A DNA stretch of 64,000 nt from Chloroflexota bacterium (lineage in GTDB: Bacteria > Chloroflexota > UBA11872 > VXOZ01): NCBI GenBank assembly GCA_963663275.1, contig OY760183.1:1824001-1888000 (forward strand), written 5' to 3'. This document shows positions 18,270-27,555 of this stretch, in pieces. The position numbers and the translations under genes are program-made. How positions within the stretch are numbered: the stretch's first letter is position 1; each line of letters opens with the position of its first letter. The notes under the pieces are model-generated. The model was not told the origin of the DNA. It did not search any database and worked only from the letters and a program-made list of their open reading frames with translations.

Positions 18270-19631
18270 CTACAGCGGAGCGGGCGTCCTTCTGGGTGGA
18301 GCGGCTTGCGGTTCGCCTTCTTCCTGTTGGCGCAGGGTGGGCACGGCAAACGAGATAGCCAGGATGAAGAGCAGGATGACCGCGCCGGCAATCCCTACCA
18401 CCTGCGGCGCGCTCCAGCGGTCTACCATGAGGCCCATGGGAAACGCGGCGAGCGGCATCAGGGAAAAGGCCATCATGTAGATGCTCATCACCCGGCCGTA
18501 GTAGGCCTGGTCGGTGTGCAGCATCACCAGCGTGTTGTTCAGGGACATGTAGGCGTTTGCCGTCAGCCCCACGATGCCGACTAGCACGAGACTCAGGGGC
18601 AGCCACGTGCTGTAGGCAAAGAACAGCAGCGAGACGCCGAACAAACCGCCGAAGACCACTTGCAGCAGTTTGGCGCGCTGGCTGGCCGCCAGATAGGCGA
18701 CGAGCAAGGAGCCGAGCAGGCCGCCCGCGCCGGTGGCGGCGTTCAGGAAGCCGAGCCAGCGCGCGTCGACGCCGAGCACGTCCGCCTGGAAGACCGGCAG
18801 CAGCATCTGGTAGGGCCGTCCCAGCAGCAACGGCACGAAGGCCAGGCTGAGGAGCAGCAGCAGCGTCCGTTCGGTAAACACGTACCTGAAGCCGTCCACC
18901 ATTTGCGCGGAGAACTTGCCGGGCGCCGCTTTCGTGCCGCCGCCGGTCTTGGGCAGCCGCAGGATGAAGAGCGTCGCTGCCCCGTAGCAGAGGGCGGTGA
19001 TGTCGAAGGCCCCGGCGGTTCCCAGCCACGGCGTGACGATGACGATGCCCGCTACCGCGGGACCGACGATGGTCATCATGTTGCGGCCGGAGTTGTTCAG
19101 GGCGATGGCGTTGCCGAGGCGCTCGCGCCCCACCAGCGCGGGAATCAGCGACGAGCGCGTGGGCATGTGCAGCGAGAACGCAATCCCCTGCATGAAGCCA
19201 AAGACGATGAGATGCCAGACGGCAATCAAGCCCGTGTGGATGAGGAGCGCCAGGAAGCCGGAAATCACGAACATGAAGCAATGGGTGCCGACCAGGAGAC
19301 GCCGCTTGTCGAGCCGGTCGGCCAGCACGCCGGCGACCGGAGAAAACACGAGCATCGGCACGCCCATGGCCAGGCTGACAAGGCCGAGCACACCGGCGGA
19401 CCCGGTGAGGTCGTAGGCCAGGTAACCGCGCGAGATGATGGCAACTTGCAGGCCGCCAAAGCCGACGAGCATGCTCAGCCACATATCGCGGAAGGCGGGA
19501 ACCGTCAGCGCATCGAACGTGCGGGCGATGGACGCTATGCCCGTGGGCTTCTCGCCATCCCTCGTGCGGTCGGCCCCGGGATCAGGGCGTTCCGGCTGTG
19601 GTGTGGAGGCTTGGACGTTCAGCGTGTCAAT
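18270..19631 (-). CDS. MFS transporter (start uncertain; possibly non-ATG)
   Basis: About 12 hydrophobic segments, GVLADRLDKRRLL motif A; frame open from 19634 with TFDAL...FR.MW upstream of the ATG at 19484. Confidence 0.85.
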   Translation of the reverse strand: MDTLNVQASTPQPERPDPGADRTRDGEKPTGIASIARTFDALTVPAFRDMWLSMLVGFGGLQVAIISRGYLAYDLTGSAGVLGLVSLAMGVPMLVFSPVAGVLADRLDKRRLLVGTHCFMFVISGFLALLIHTGLIAVWHLIVFGFMQGIAFSLHMPTRSSLIPALVGRERLGNAIALNNSGRNMMTIVGPAVAGIVIVTPWLGTAGAFDITALCYGAATLFILRLPKTGGGTKAAPGKFSAQMVDGFRYVFTERTLLLLLSLAFVPLLLGRPYQMLLPVFQADVLGVDARWLGFLNAATGAGGLLGSLLVAYLAASQRAKLLQVVFGGLFGVSLLFFAYSTWLPLSLVLVGIVGLTANAYMSLNNTLVMLHTDQAYYGRVMSIYMMAFSLMPLAAFPMGLMVDRWSAPQVVGIAGAVILLFILAISFAVPTLRQQEEGEPQAAPPRRTPAPL

Positions 19632-19917
19632 CTCTTATGCATTGGCTGGGCGAAACCGGCGACAGTCACTCTCCCCGCGCCGTTCGCGCCGCGACCCGCG
19701 TGCGCCTATGGCGAGAGTGTGCTGCATCCGCTTATGGCGAGAGCGCAACTGCCTTTTGACGTGTACGTTAACGTGCATTCTACGCGCTGGGCGGGCCGCT
19801 GGCAAACTGGATTCTTTGCCCCCGCGAGAAGGGGGCCTCTTTCCGGTATGACGGAGTAATGAAGAGTTCATCAAGGCCGCTACCGGGAGTGCTGACGCGT
19901 GCCGGTGCGGCCGCACG

Positions 19918-20496
19918 TCAGCCTCGGCCAATTTTCTGAAGCGCCGTCCGCCGCCGCGCCCACGTCAAGGCCACGCTGGCGGCCACCGCCATGGTACCGG
20001 CCAGCAGGTTGAAGAGAATGTCCACCGGATCGAACACGCGGTTGGGCAGCAGCCACTGGATGCCTTCGTCCAGCGCGCCCAGGGCCGCCGTAATCAAGAC
20101 GGCCAGCACGGGCGGCAGCGGCACGCGGCGGCCGTGGCTCTTGCGCTCGGTCAGCGCCTCGAATATGAGCACGCCCACCACGCCGTACTCGATCAGGTGC
20201 GATCGCTCGGTCGGCACCGTCATGCGGGTGAGCACCAGCAGGTACGCCGCCACGACGCCTATTGCAACCGTCACTTCCGCGCCGCCCGGCCGCACGCGCA
20301 GCCCCTGGGTGAGAACGGTCACGCCCACCAGGAACATGCAGAGCAGGAAGAGGCCGAGGGAGATGTCCAGCAGGCCGCGCTCTTCCAACGTCTCGGCCAG
20401 CGTCTGCGCCAGGCCCAGCGTAAGGTAGATCGCGGCCATTACGACCAGCACCCACAGCCAGAGGCGGCGCTCCCGATGGGAGGAAAAGAGAGTCAT
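19918..20496 (-). CDS. VanZ-like membrane protein
   Basis: ERSHLIEYG, LDEGIQWLLPNRVFDPVDILFN. Confidence 0.8.
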   Translation of the reverse strand: MTLFSSHRERRLWLWVLVVMAAIYLTLGLAQTLAETLEERGLLDISLGLFLLCMFLVGVTVLTQGLRVRPGGAEVTVAIGVVAAYLLVLTRMTVPTERSHLIEYGVVGVLIFEALTERKSHGRRVPLPPVLAVLITAALGALDEGIQWLLPNRVFDPVDILFNLLAGTMAVAASVALTWARRRTALQKIGRG

Positions 20497-20576
20497 GGCT
20501 GAATGGGTATCCGGAGCATGAGAGGGAAGAATAGCGAAATGACTACCTGTGGAGAATCATGCAATGTCCGTCATTC

Positions 20577-20813
20577 CAGTAAGTGTTGACAAATCCGTAA
20601 ACAGATTTTAGGTAGAGGGAGCAAGGGGAAGGCAGCACCATGACGTAGTCGTCGATATGTCATTCCGAACGGAGCGCAGCGCAGTGAGGAATCTAAGATG
20701 CTAAGCTTTCAGGAGTCCATTGAGCGCGAGCCCTAGATTCCTCGCTGCGCTCGGAATGACATTAGTGACCAACACTGTCTTATGGGAAGGGGATTCTGTC
20801 AACGAATTACCTG
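20577..20813. mobile_element. Putative MITE with imperfect CAG-terminal inverted repeats enclosing a family D repeat
   Basis: cagtaagtgttgacaaatcc versus reverse complement of right end caggtaattcgttgacagaatcc. Confidence 0.45.
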
Positions 20814-21145
20814 ACACCTGCAGGAATGACCTCAACCGCCGACACCATCCCGAGACTGCCGATTTCTGTCAACCAATCACTCGACACTCACAATTCCGGC
20901 GTAAGCCGGAAGCAAAGGCGCAAACTCGGTGAGGCGTGCTCCAGAGCTCGGTGCACACGCGAAATCAAGATAACGCGCCGGAGAACCCAGGCTTCTCCGG
21001 CGTGTTTCACTTCTGAAGTCAGCCTTCCCGCAAAAGGAGCGGCAGGATGGGTGGACGCGTCTCTTCCGTCCGCTCCAATGCAGATCCGGCTATCAGACCA
21101 GCAACCCGCCACGTAGCAACGGACCAAGCCGGTAGTCCTAGCCGC

Positions 21146-22192
21146 CTATTCCAGCGGCAGCTTGACCGGCTCGCCGCCCAAGCTGGCCGACCGCTCCGCC
21201 GCGAAGATCACCTCGTCGATCTTCAGGGCGTCGTGGATGTCCACTTCCGGCTTCTTGTTGTTCAGGATGCAGTCGATGAAGTGGTCTGTCTGCGGCTGGA
21301 AGGGATGGTGCGAGACCTCGGGCGTATCGGGCATGATCGTCTCGAAGGTTGCCCAGTCGGTCTGCTCGGTCATGCGCTCGCCGATGAGGGTCTCGGAATG
21401 GAACTTATTGCCCACCAGCGTGCCCCGGTCGCCGTGCAGGCGCACGTTGAACGAATAGGGGTTGTTGCCCTCCAGGATGCAGCCCACCTTGCCGATGCGG
21501 CCGTCCTTGTAGCTGATCACGCTGAGCACGGTGCCTTCCCAATCGAACGTCTTGGTGAAGTTGCCCCAATGGCCCACCACGTGGTCCACCTCGCCGGGCA
21601 TGAACTGGAGCAGCGCGTCCACGGCGTGGCAGCCGGCGGCCGCCAGCGCGGAACCGCCCTGTTCACGGGTCTTCACCCAGGGGTAGCCCACGTACCACTG
21701 CGGCCAGTTGGCGCTGAAGTAGTCGCACTCGCCGTAGAAGATGTTGCCGAAGGCGTTGGCCTTGATGAGCTTGTGCACGATCAGGAAGTAGGGACTCCAG
21801 TGCAGTTCGAAGCCCTCGCAGGCCACCACGCCGGCCTTGTCCACCGCCGCCGCGATGGACTTCAAGCCTTCCCAGCTAAGAGCCGCGGGCTTCTCGATGA
21901 GCAGGTGATTGCCGGCTTCCGCGCCCGCTATCGCCTGGTCCACGTGCTTCTCGTTGGTGGAGCAGATGAAGATGACGTCCAAGTTGTCCTGCTTCAGCAT
22001 CTGCTCGTAGTCGTTGTAGACGTGGGCGTTGGCCAGCCCGTGCTCGTCCTTGGCGTTCTGGGCGTTTTCCAGGCTGCCGCTGCACAGCCCCACCACCTCG
22101 GTATGCGGGTTCTTGACCAACGTGTCGATGTGCTGGTGCGATACCCAGCCAATGCCGACCACACCAACACCAAGCTTGCCGTTGTCTGTCAT
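21146..22192 (-). CDS. Gfo/Idh/MocA family oxidoreductase
   Basis: RBS GGAGG; GVGVVGIG, HLLIEKP, GGSAL..GCHAVD. Confidence 0.9.
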   Translation of the reverse strand: MTDNGKLGVGVVGIGWVSHQHIDTLVKNPHTEVVGLCSGSLENAQNAKDEHGLANAHVYNDYEQMLKQDNLDVIFICSTNEKHVDQAIAGAEAGNHLLIEKPAALSWEGLKSIAAAVDKAGVVACEGFELHWSPYFLIVHKLIKANAFGNIFYGECDYFSANWPQWYVGYPWVKTREQGGSALAAAGCHAVDALLQFMPGEVDHVVGHWGNFTKTFDWEGTVLSVISYKDGRIGKVGCILEGNNPYSFNVRLHGDRGTLVGNKFHSETLIGERMTEQTDWATFETIMPDTPEVSHHPFQPQTDHFIDCILNNKKPEVDIHDALKIDEVIFAAERSASLGGEPVKLPLE

Positions 22193-22498
22193 TGCTAATC
22201 CTCCCAAAGACTTAAAAAGAACATCCAATGAACGTTGGCTACAGTACAGCGTATTCTCGGCTTGCTGTCAAGGTAAGCAATAGAGCAAAGCGCCCAAACA
22301 GCAGCACTGGAGGTGTGCTTCTCCTGCAGCAGGATTAGGCGAGTCTCTCTGTCAAGGACTAGTCGGTTGCAGTGAAGCCAGAATTCAAGTGGAGTGACAA
22401 GAGTCGAGTGGGCAACGGGACTGACCACTGTCGCCCCAATGGTCTCCATTGCGGACTCCCATCGACATCGCGTATGTTCTGCCAGTACGGACCAAACT

Positions 22499-24727
22499 TC
22501 ATTCACAGAAGCGTAGTCCGCGGAGATCGTGATCCTGCAAGCGCTCGGACAAGACTGCTGGCACGCATCCACTAAAGAAATTTGCATAGAGATAGAGATT
22601 CACGAGGTTCTCAAGACTCCCAAGCTCAGGCGGTATCGTGCCGGTTAGGTAATTGAACCTCAAGTCCAACACTCTCAGGTTGGTCAATCCACCTATTTCA
22701 GGAGGAATACTGCCCTCTAGTTTGGTGCAACACATGCGTAGATAGCCCAATTGCTTGAGATTGCCTAACTCCGCTGGGATGCTCCCTTCTAGCGGGTTCT
22801 GACCGAGAGTCAAGCCCGCGAGCTTCGCTAGCCGTCCTAGGGACTTCGGAATCCTCCCACTGAGTTCATTGTTATCCAGAATCAGAGTTCTGAGTTCGGT
22901 GAGGTCTCCAATGTTCGAGGGAATAGGACCGCGGAGGGAGTTCGACCCAAGATCTAGCACCTTTAGGTTTTGAAGCCTTGCTAACTCCGATGGAATCTTA
23001 CCGACAAGATGCTGGTTATTGAGGCGCAGATACTCCAGTTCACTTAGATTCACTATTTCAGGTGGAATAAATCCCGTCAGGGTATTGCTTTCGTACATGC
23101 CAAAGTCCAGGCGCCGGACTCGGGGAGGTGAGCCATCAACGAAGATCCCTTGCCACTGCTGGATGGGAACTGAGGCTCTCCAATTCAAGAGAGCCTGCCC
23201 AGCCAGTTTATTTCGAAGCCTGAGCAGCGTCTGGCAGTCGCGCACTAAGCCCGGATTGCCACTGTATATCTCTGCGCACGCCGCAATGTCGGCGGACGTG
23301 TCAGTCCAATCTGAGTGCTCCGCAACTAGCTGCTCGGCTGACCCCCGCACCAGGCGCTTGACTGTTCCGTCATTCACAACAGTGTAGAGGTGAAAGCGGC
23401 GGTCGTATGACATTGAGAGTACGGCTAGAACTAGGCCGTCTGGCGACCACGCAGTCTCTACCACAGTCGGCAGCCCTCCTGCTACCGCTTCCTTCAAATT
23501 GCTGCCGTCTGGGCTAATTGTGTAGGCAAGTCCACCGTTCCAAGAACTGATCCAGACTTCCTCCCCCATGGGCGACCACATCACCGGGCCGTATCCAGTG
23601 TCTTTGTGGTTTGCCGTAACGTTTCGAATATCCGAGCCGTCCGAGCGCACTACGTAAACAGTAGGGCCAATGGAGTCGGAACCCGTCCTTTGAAACCCAG
23701 TAAATGCCAGCATGGAGCCATCGGGGGACCACGCCGCTGACTTTGGAACGTAATCACCTACCGGAGAGCCCCAACTAGCAGGCGCTAATCGGACCAGCTT
23801 AGAACCATCAGCCTCAACAATGTACAGGAACGAAAGAGTATTCCCGTAGGTCGTCTTGTCTTCGGGGCCTAAGAAAGCCAGGCGGCTGCTAGCCGGCGAC
23901 CAGAATGCCGGTCCGCAGAAGAAAGCGTTGAGATCGCCAATACGTGTGGGCTCTGACCCATCCAGTCGAACTGTGTAGAGACCATACCACTCGCGTCCTT
24001 CAACGCCGGGCTCCGAGCCTGCAAATGCGAGCCAATTGCCGTCCGGTGACCACTTAGCCCCTTGCCAGGTCTGGTGGCATCCAACTCTGACCAAAGATGA
24101 AACCAATTGCACGTCGGAACCGTCAGCGTTCATTACATAGAGCCGATAGCCGAGGTGATTTCGACTACCACCGCGGTTGCTGAGAAAGGCGATCTGCTGC
24201 CCGTCAGGCGACCACACGGGATTGATGTTGTGTTGGCTAGAGTGCCTGCTGTAGGACTTAAAAGGCGTCAGCCGCACCACGTCGCTGCCATCGAACGCCG
24301 CCGTCTCAATGACGGAACTGTCACGTGGCACAAACACACTATAGGCAACCCGCGCGCCGTCGGGCGAAAGCGAAGGCGCAAATGCCCCTGGGCGCTCCCA
24401 GTCTCCAAACTGCGGCGCAGTCTCAGGGAAGGACCGCAATTCCATGCCGGCGCTGTCAACTATGTAGGCCCCCAACAACCCGCCACTTGAAAACAGTATG
24501 TGCTCCCCGTCCGGCGCCCACGTCAGGCTTGTAGCTCCTTCCGCGAGATTAGCCGCGGAGTCATCCCATTCCGATGTGAAAGGAGACTTGCTTCGATCAG
24601 GAGTGTGGTCATCCACAACTGTGGGCGGAGGATCAGAGTCGGTTTTGCAGCCTTCAGGGCAAGACGCGACAAATAGCAAACTTCCCAAGAGGACCAAGAC
24701 CGCTTTGAGCAATCGCAAACTTAGCAT
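22499..24727 (-). CDS. Exported PD40/TolB-like beta-propeller + plant-type LRR protein (probable lipoprotein)
   Basis: Signal with FVASC; repeated WSPDG; cap GLVRDCQTLL..LNW; ~7 L.G.IP.E.G.L..L..L.L..N repeats; SGCVPAVL end cap. Confidence 0.85.
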   Translation of the reverse strand: MLSLRLLKAVLVLLGSLLFVASCPEGCKTDSDPPPTVVDDHTPDRSKSPFTSEWDDSAANLAEGATSLTWAPDGEHILFSSGGLLGAYIVDSAGMELRSFPETAPQFGDWERPGAFAPSLSPDGARVAYSVFVPRDSSVIETAAFDGSDVVRLTPFKSYSRHSSQHNINPVWSPDGQQIAFLSNRGGSRNHLGYRLYVMNADGSDVQLVSSLVRVGCHQTWQGAKWSPDGNWLAFAGSEPGVEGREWYGLYTVRLDGSEPTRIGDLNAFFCGPAFWSPASSRLAFLGPEDKTTYGNTLSFLYIVEADGSKLVRLAPASWGSPVGDYVPKSAAWSPDGSMLAFTGFQRTGSDSIGPTVYVVRSDGSDIRNVTANHKDTGYGPVMWSPMGEEVWISSWNGGLAYTISPDGSNLKEAVAGGLPTVVETAWSPDGLVLAVLSMSYDRRFHLYTVVNDGTVKRLVRGSAEQLVAEHSDWTDTSADIAACAEIYSGNPGLVRDCQTLLRLRNKLAGQALLNWRASVPIQQWQGIFVDGSPPRVRRLDFGMYESNTLTGFIPPEIVNLSELEYLRLNNQHLVGKIPSELARLQNLKVLDLGSNSLRGPIPSNIGDLTELRTLILDNNELSGRIPKSLGRLAKLAGLTLGQNPLEGSIPAELGNLKQLGYLRMCCTKLEGSIPPEIGGLTNLRVLDLRFNYLTGTIPPELGSLENLVNLYLYANFFSGCVPAVLSERLQDHDLRGLRFCE

Positions 24728-25335
24728 CCTGAGCCACCTATCAAATCCATACAGATGGTTACGCGCCCGGTGCCACTCATCGATTGCATGAACCGGCGTT
24801 CCACCTCGGTCGCGGACGGCAGGGCATCGGTGGCGGCCAATCCCAGCCAAAAGCGGACTGCTCCTTCCCGCTGTCCCGCAGTCCTGGCCACGCCCCGCCA
24901 CGCGCAGCGGATGGAACTTGCCGCGGCTCGCCCACGAAATACGATGTGCGCCGGGGACGCTCCGGCCAGACGCAGCCCCTTCTCCAACACGTCCTCAACA
25001 CTATCGGCATCCGACCGGATGAAATACCCGGCGGCAGCGGGTCTCGGATTGAACAGATCAAGGCCGCTGACGTTGCGCGGGGCGCACGCATCGTCACCGT
25101 TGCCGGAGCATGGTTGGCTGCCCGTTGCGGCGGCGCTATCGGTGTGGACTTGGCTATCGCGCGGCGCATGGGGAGCGGCATCATAGGGCGAGGCCAGAGT
25201 CTGGGCCGGATGCGCAACCACAGGCTCGCGTCCACCGTTGCCGTCGGTCCCTGGATCGCCGCAGCCGGCGGCCGCCCCGAGCAGGAGCAGCCCCAGCAAG
25301 CAAACGCGCCTCAGTTCTTCTCTCAACCGCAGCAT
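24721..25335 (-). pseudogene. Probable truncated lipoprotein fragment between the two propeller-LRR genes
   Basis: Signal peptide + AAAGC lipobox; GC-rich coding-like body ending abruptly at the start of the next gene. Confidence 0.5.
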
Positions 25336-25381
25336 CTCTAACCTGCCTTCACGCAGTAGAAAATCAATCGTAGTCCTGCCG

Positions 25382-27301
25382 TCACTCGCAGTAGTCAATC
25401 CCAGGGTGTGGAACTGACCGGTCAGCTAAGACCGCTGGCACACAGCCACTCAGGTTATTGCCGTGAAGCTCTAGCCGTTCCAGATTCTCGAGGTTCCCCA
25501 ACTCTGGCGGCACATCCCCGCTGAGGATGTTGTCCCTCAGGTCTAGGCTCTTCAGGTTCACAAGGTTCCCCAGTTCCGGCGGGATGCTGCCCGTAAGGTA
25601 ATTCCGCCTGAGCCTTAATCCTTTCAGCTTGTTGAGGTTCCCCAACTCCGCCGGAATGCTACCGGTCAAGGCATTGGAGCTAAGGTACAACCACTCCAAT
25701 TCGCTCAGGTTGCCCATCTCCGGCGGAATAACGCCTGTCAGCCAAGGAGAATCAGTATGAGAACCGGAGGAGAGCACCAGCCTTCGAACGCGCGGCGGGT
25801 CTCCTTCAACGCTGACACCTTGCCAATCCCGAATGGGGACTTCAGCGCTCCAGTTCAGCAAGGTTTCTCCGGCCAAAGTATCGCGAATGCGCAGCAGCGT
25901 TTGGCAATCTTCCACCAGGCCCGGGTTATCCTCGTAGAGTTCAGCGCACGCGACAATGTCGTCGGACACGTCGCGCCAATCCGAGTGCTCAGCGACTATA
26001 CGCAAGGACGTGCCCCGCATCAGCAAGCGTTTGTTCGTGCCGTCTCGCTCAATTGTGAAGAGCTTCAGCCCTCGATTGTAGGTGAGCACGGCAAGCCGCG
26101 AACCGTCTGGGGACCACGCGGTGCGCGCCACGTCGGGCAGGCCGCCCGAGGCCCACGCGCGCAGCCCGCTGCCGTCCGGCCGCACCGCGTAGGCTAGCCC
26201 TCCGATGAGGATTTCTTCACCGTCCGGCGTCCACACCAGGGGCCCGCCGTGCCCACTCGCCACCTGGCGTAGTTCTGCGCCATCGGGCCGCACGACATTG
26301 ACCTGGGCGCCGTTCGTGAAGGCCAGCCAGGCGCCGTCCGGGGACCAAGCCAGCGCGGAGGCACCATAGTCTGGCGGCGTTAACCTGGTCAGCCCCGACC
26401 CGTCGGCTCGCACTGCATAGGCGCCACTGCGAGTTTCCCCTTCAGCGACGGTCTCGAAACCTGAGAACGCCAACCAAGTGCCGTCAGGCGACCACTCCAA
26501 TGAATTGTTCCTTCTTTGGACGTGAAGGTCTGGTGGTGTTACTCTGACCAGACGTGACCCGTCCGGCTTGACGGTAAAGAGAATGGGGTAGAAGTGCCCT
26601 TTACTATCAGGATCATAGCCCACGAGGGCCAACCGGTTGCCATCCGGTGACCAAAGTACCGGCCGCATTTCCTGGCTAACGATAGAAGGAATCGATAGTG
26701 CAAGGGCCCGAGAATTCGATCCATCGGCGTCCATGACGTAGAGGAGCCGAGTGACATCGCCAGGCGGGTAGTGTGTACCAATGAAGGCTATCTGCTTACC
26801 ATCCGGCGACCACACCGGATAGGTGCTGAAATGGTTATAAGGATCGCGTGACTTGCCTTCAGAGTCTGTGTAAGGCACCAACGGCGTTAGTCGACGCACG
26901 TCAGTCCCGTCGAACGTTGCCTTTTCTATTACTATGTTATTCTTGGGCGCCCACACACTGTAGGCTACGTGCGATCCATCAGGAGAGAGTTCTGGCGCAA
27001 ATGTTCCTGGATGATCCCAATTGCCAAACATCGGCGCAGTCTCAGGAAAGGCACGCAAGTTTCGGCCAGCGCTGTCTACTACGTACACACCCAATAGCCC
27101 GCCACTCGTGAACAGAATGTCTTCCCCATCCCGGGACCACATGAGGCTTGGAACGTCAGCCAAGTGTGTCGGCCCTCCCACATCGAACGGTCTATCGGAA
27201 CTAACGTCACAGGCCCCAGGCGTCGACGCCATGAAGAGTATACTCCCCAACACAAGCACGCCTAGCCTGATCTTTCTCATGTCCAGCTTTACTAAGTTCA
27301 C
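25382..27301 (-). CDS. Exported PD40/TolB-like beta-propeller + plant-type LRR protein; paralog of 22499-24727
   Basis: WSPDG repeats, GLVEDCQTLL..LNWS, 4 LRRs, SGCVPAVL; start GTG 27301 or ATG 27280. Confidence 0.85.
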   Translation of the reverse strand: MNLVKLDMRKIRLGVLVLGSILFMASTPGACDVSSDRPFDVGGPTHLADVPSLMWSRDGEDILFTSGGLLGVYVVDSAGRNLRAFPETAPMFGNWDHPGTFAPELSPDGSHVAYSVWAPKNNIVIEKATFDGTDVRRLTPLVPYTDSEGKSRDPYNHFSTYPVWSPDGKQIAFIGTHYPPGDVTRLLYVMDADGSNSRALALSIPSIVSQEMRPVLWSPDGNRLALVGYDPDSKGHFYPILFTVKPDGSRLVRVTPPDLHVQRRNNSLEWSPDGTWLAFSGFETVAEGETRSGAYAVRADGSGLTRLTPPDYGASALAWSPDGAWLAFTNGAQVNVVRPDGAELRQVASGHGGPLVWTPDGEEILIGGLAYAVRPDGSGLRAWASGGLPDVARTAWSPDGSRLAVLTYNRGLKLFTIERDGTNKRLLMRGTSLRIVAEHSDWRDVSDDIVACAELYEDNPGLVEDCQTLLRIRDTLAGETLLNWSAEVPIRDWQGVSVEGDPPRVRRLVLSSGSHTDSPWLTGVIPPEMGNLSELEWLYLSSNALTGSIPAELGNLNKLKGLRLRRNYLTGSIPPELGNLVNLKSLDLRDNILSGDVPPELGNLENLERLELHGNNLSGCVPAVLADRSVPHPGIDYCE

Positions 27302-27477
27302 TTCATTGCTCTCCCTATGGCGTTTGCCGCGGCGGTGACTGATACAACGAAAATATGGCCAGCACGTCGAGTGGATGCGGCGCGGAATCCGGTTCTTGCA
27401 ATTTTGACACGTCTGCATTATACAGGTAAAAGACCATCGCAGGATGCCTCGTGCCGTGTGCGGCTGTGTTTAACAAG

Positions 27478-27511
27478 CAAAGAGCGGGGGCACATTGCCC
27501 CCGCTCTTTGG
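27478..27511. terminator. Hairpin terminator downstream of the solute-binding protein gene
   Basis: caaagagcgggggca-cat-tgcccccgctctttg. Confidence 0.7.
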
Positions 27512-27555
27512 CCAATACTCTAAACTCTGCCCCAACGCCAGACTCTGCCCAGGCC

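Noticed and set aside
22499-27301. Diversity-generating retroelement acting on the LRR genes
   Set aside because: No reverse transcriptase and no template/variable repeat pair differing only at adenines was seen
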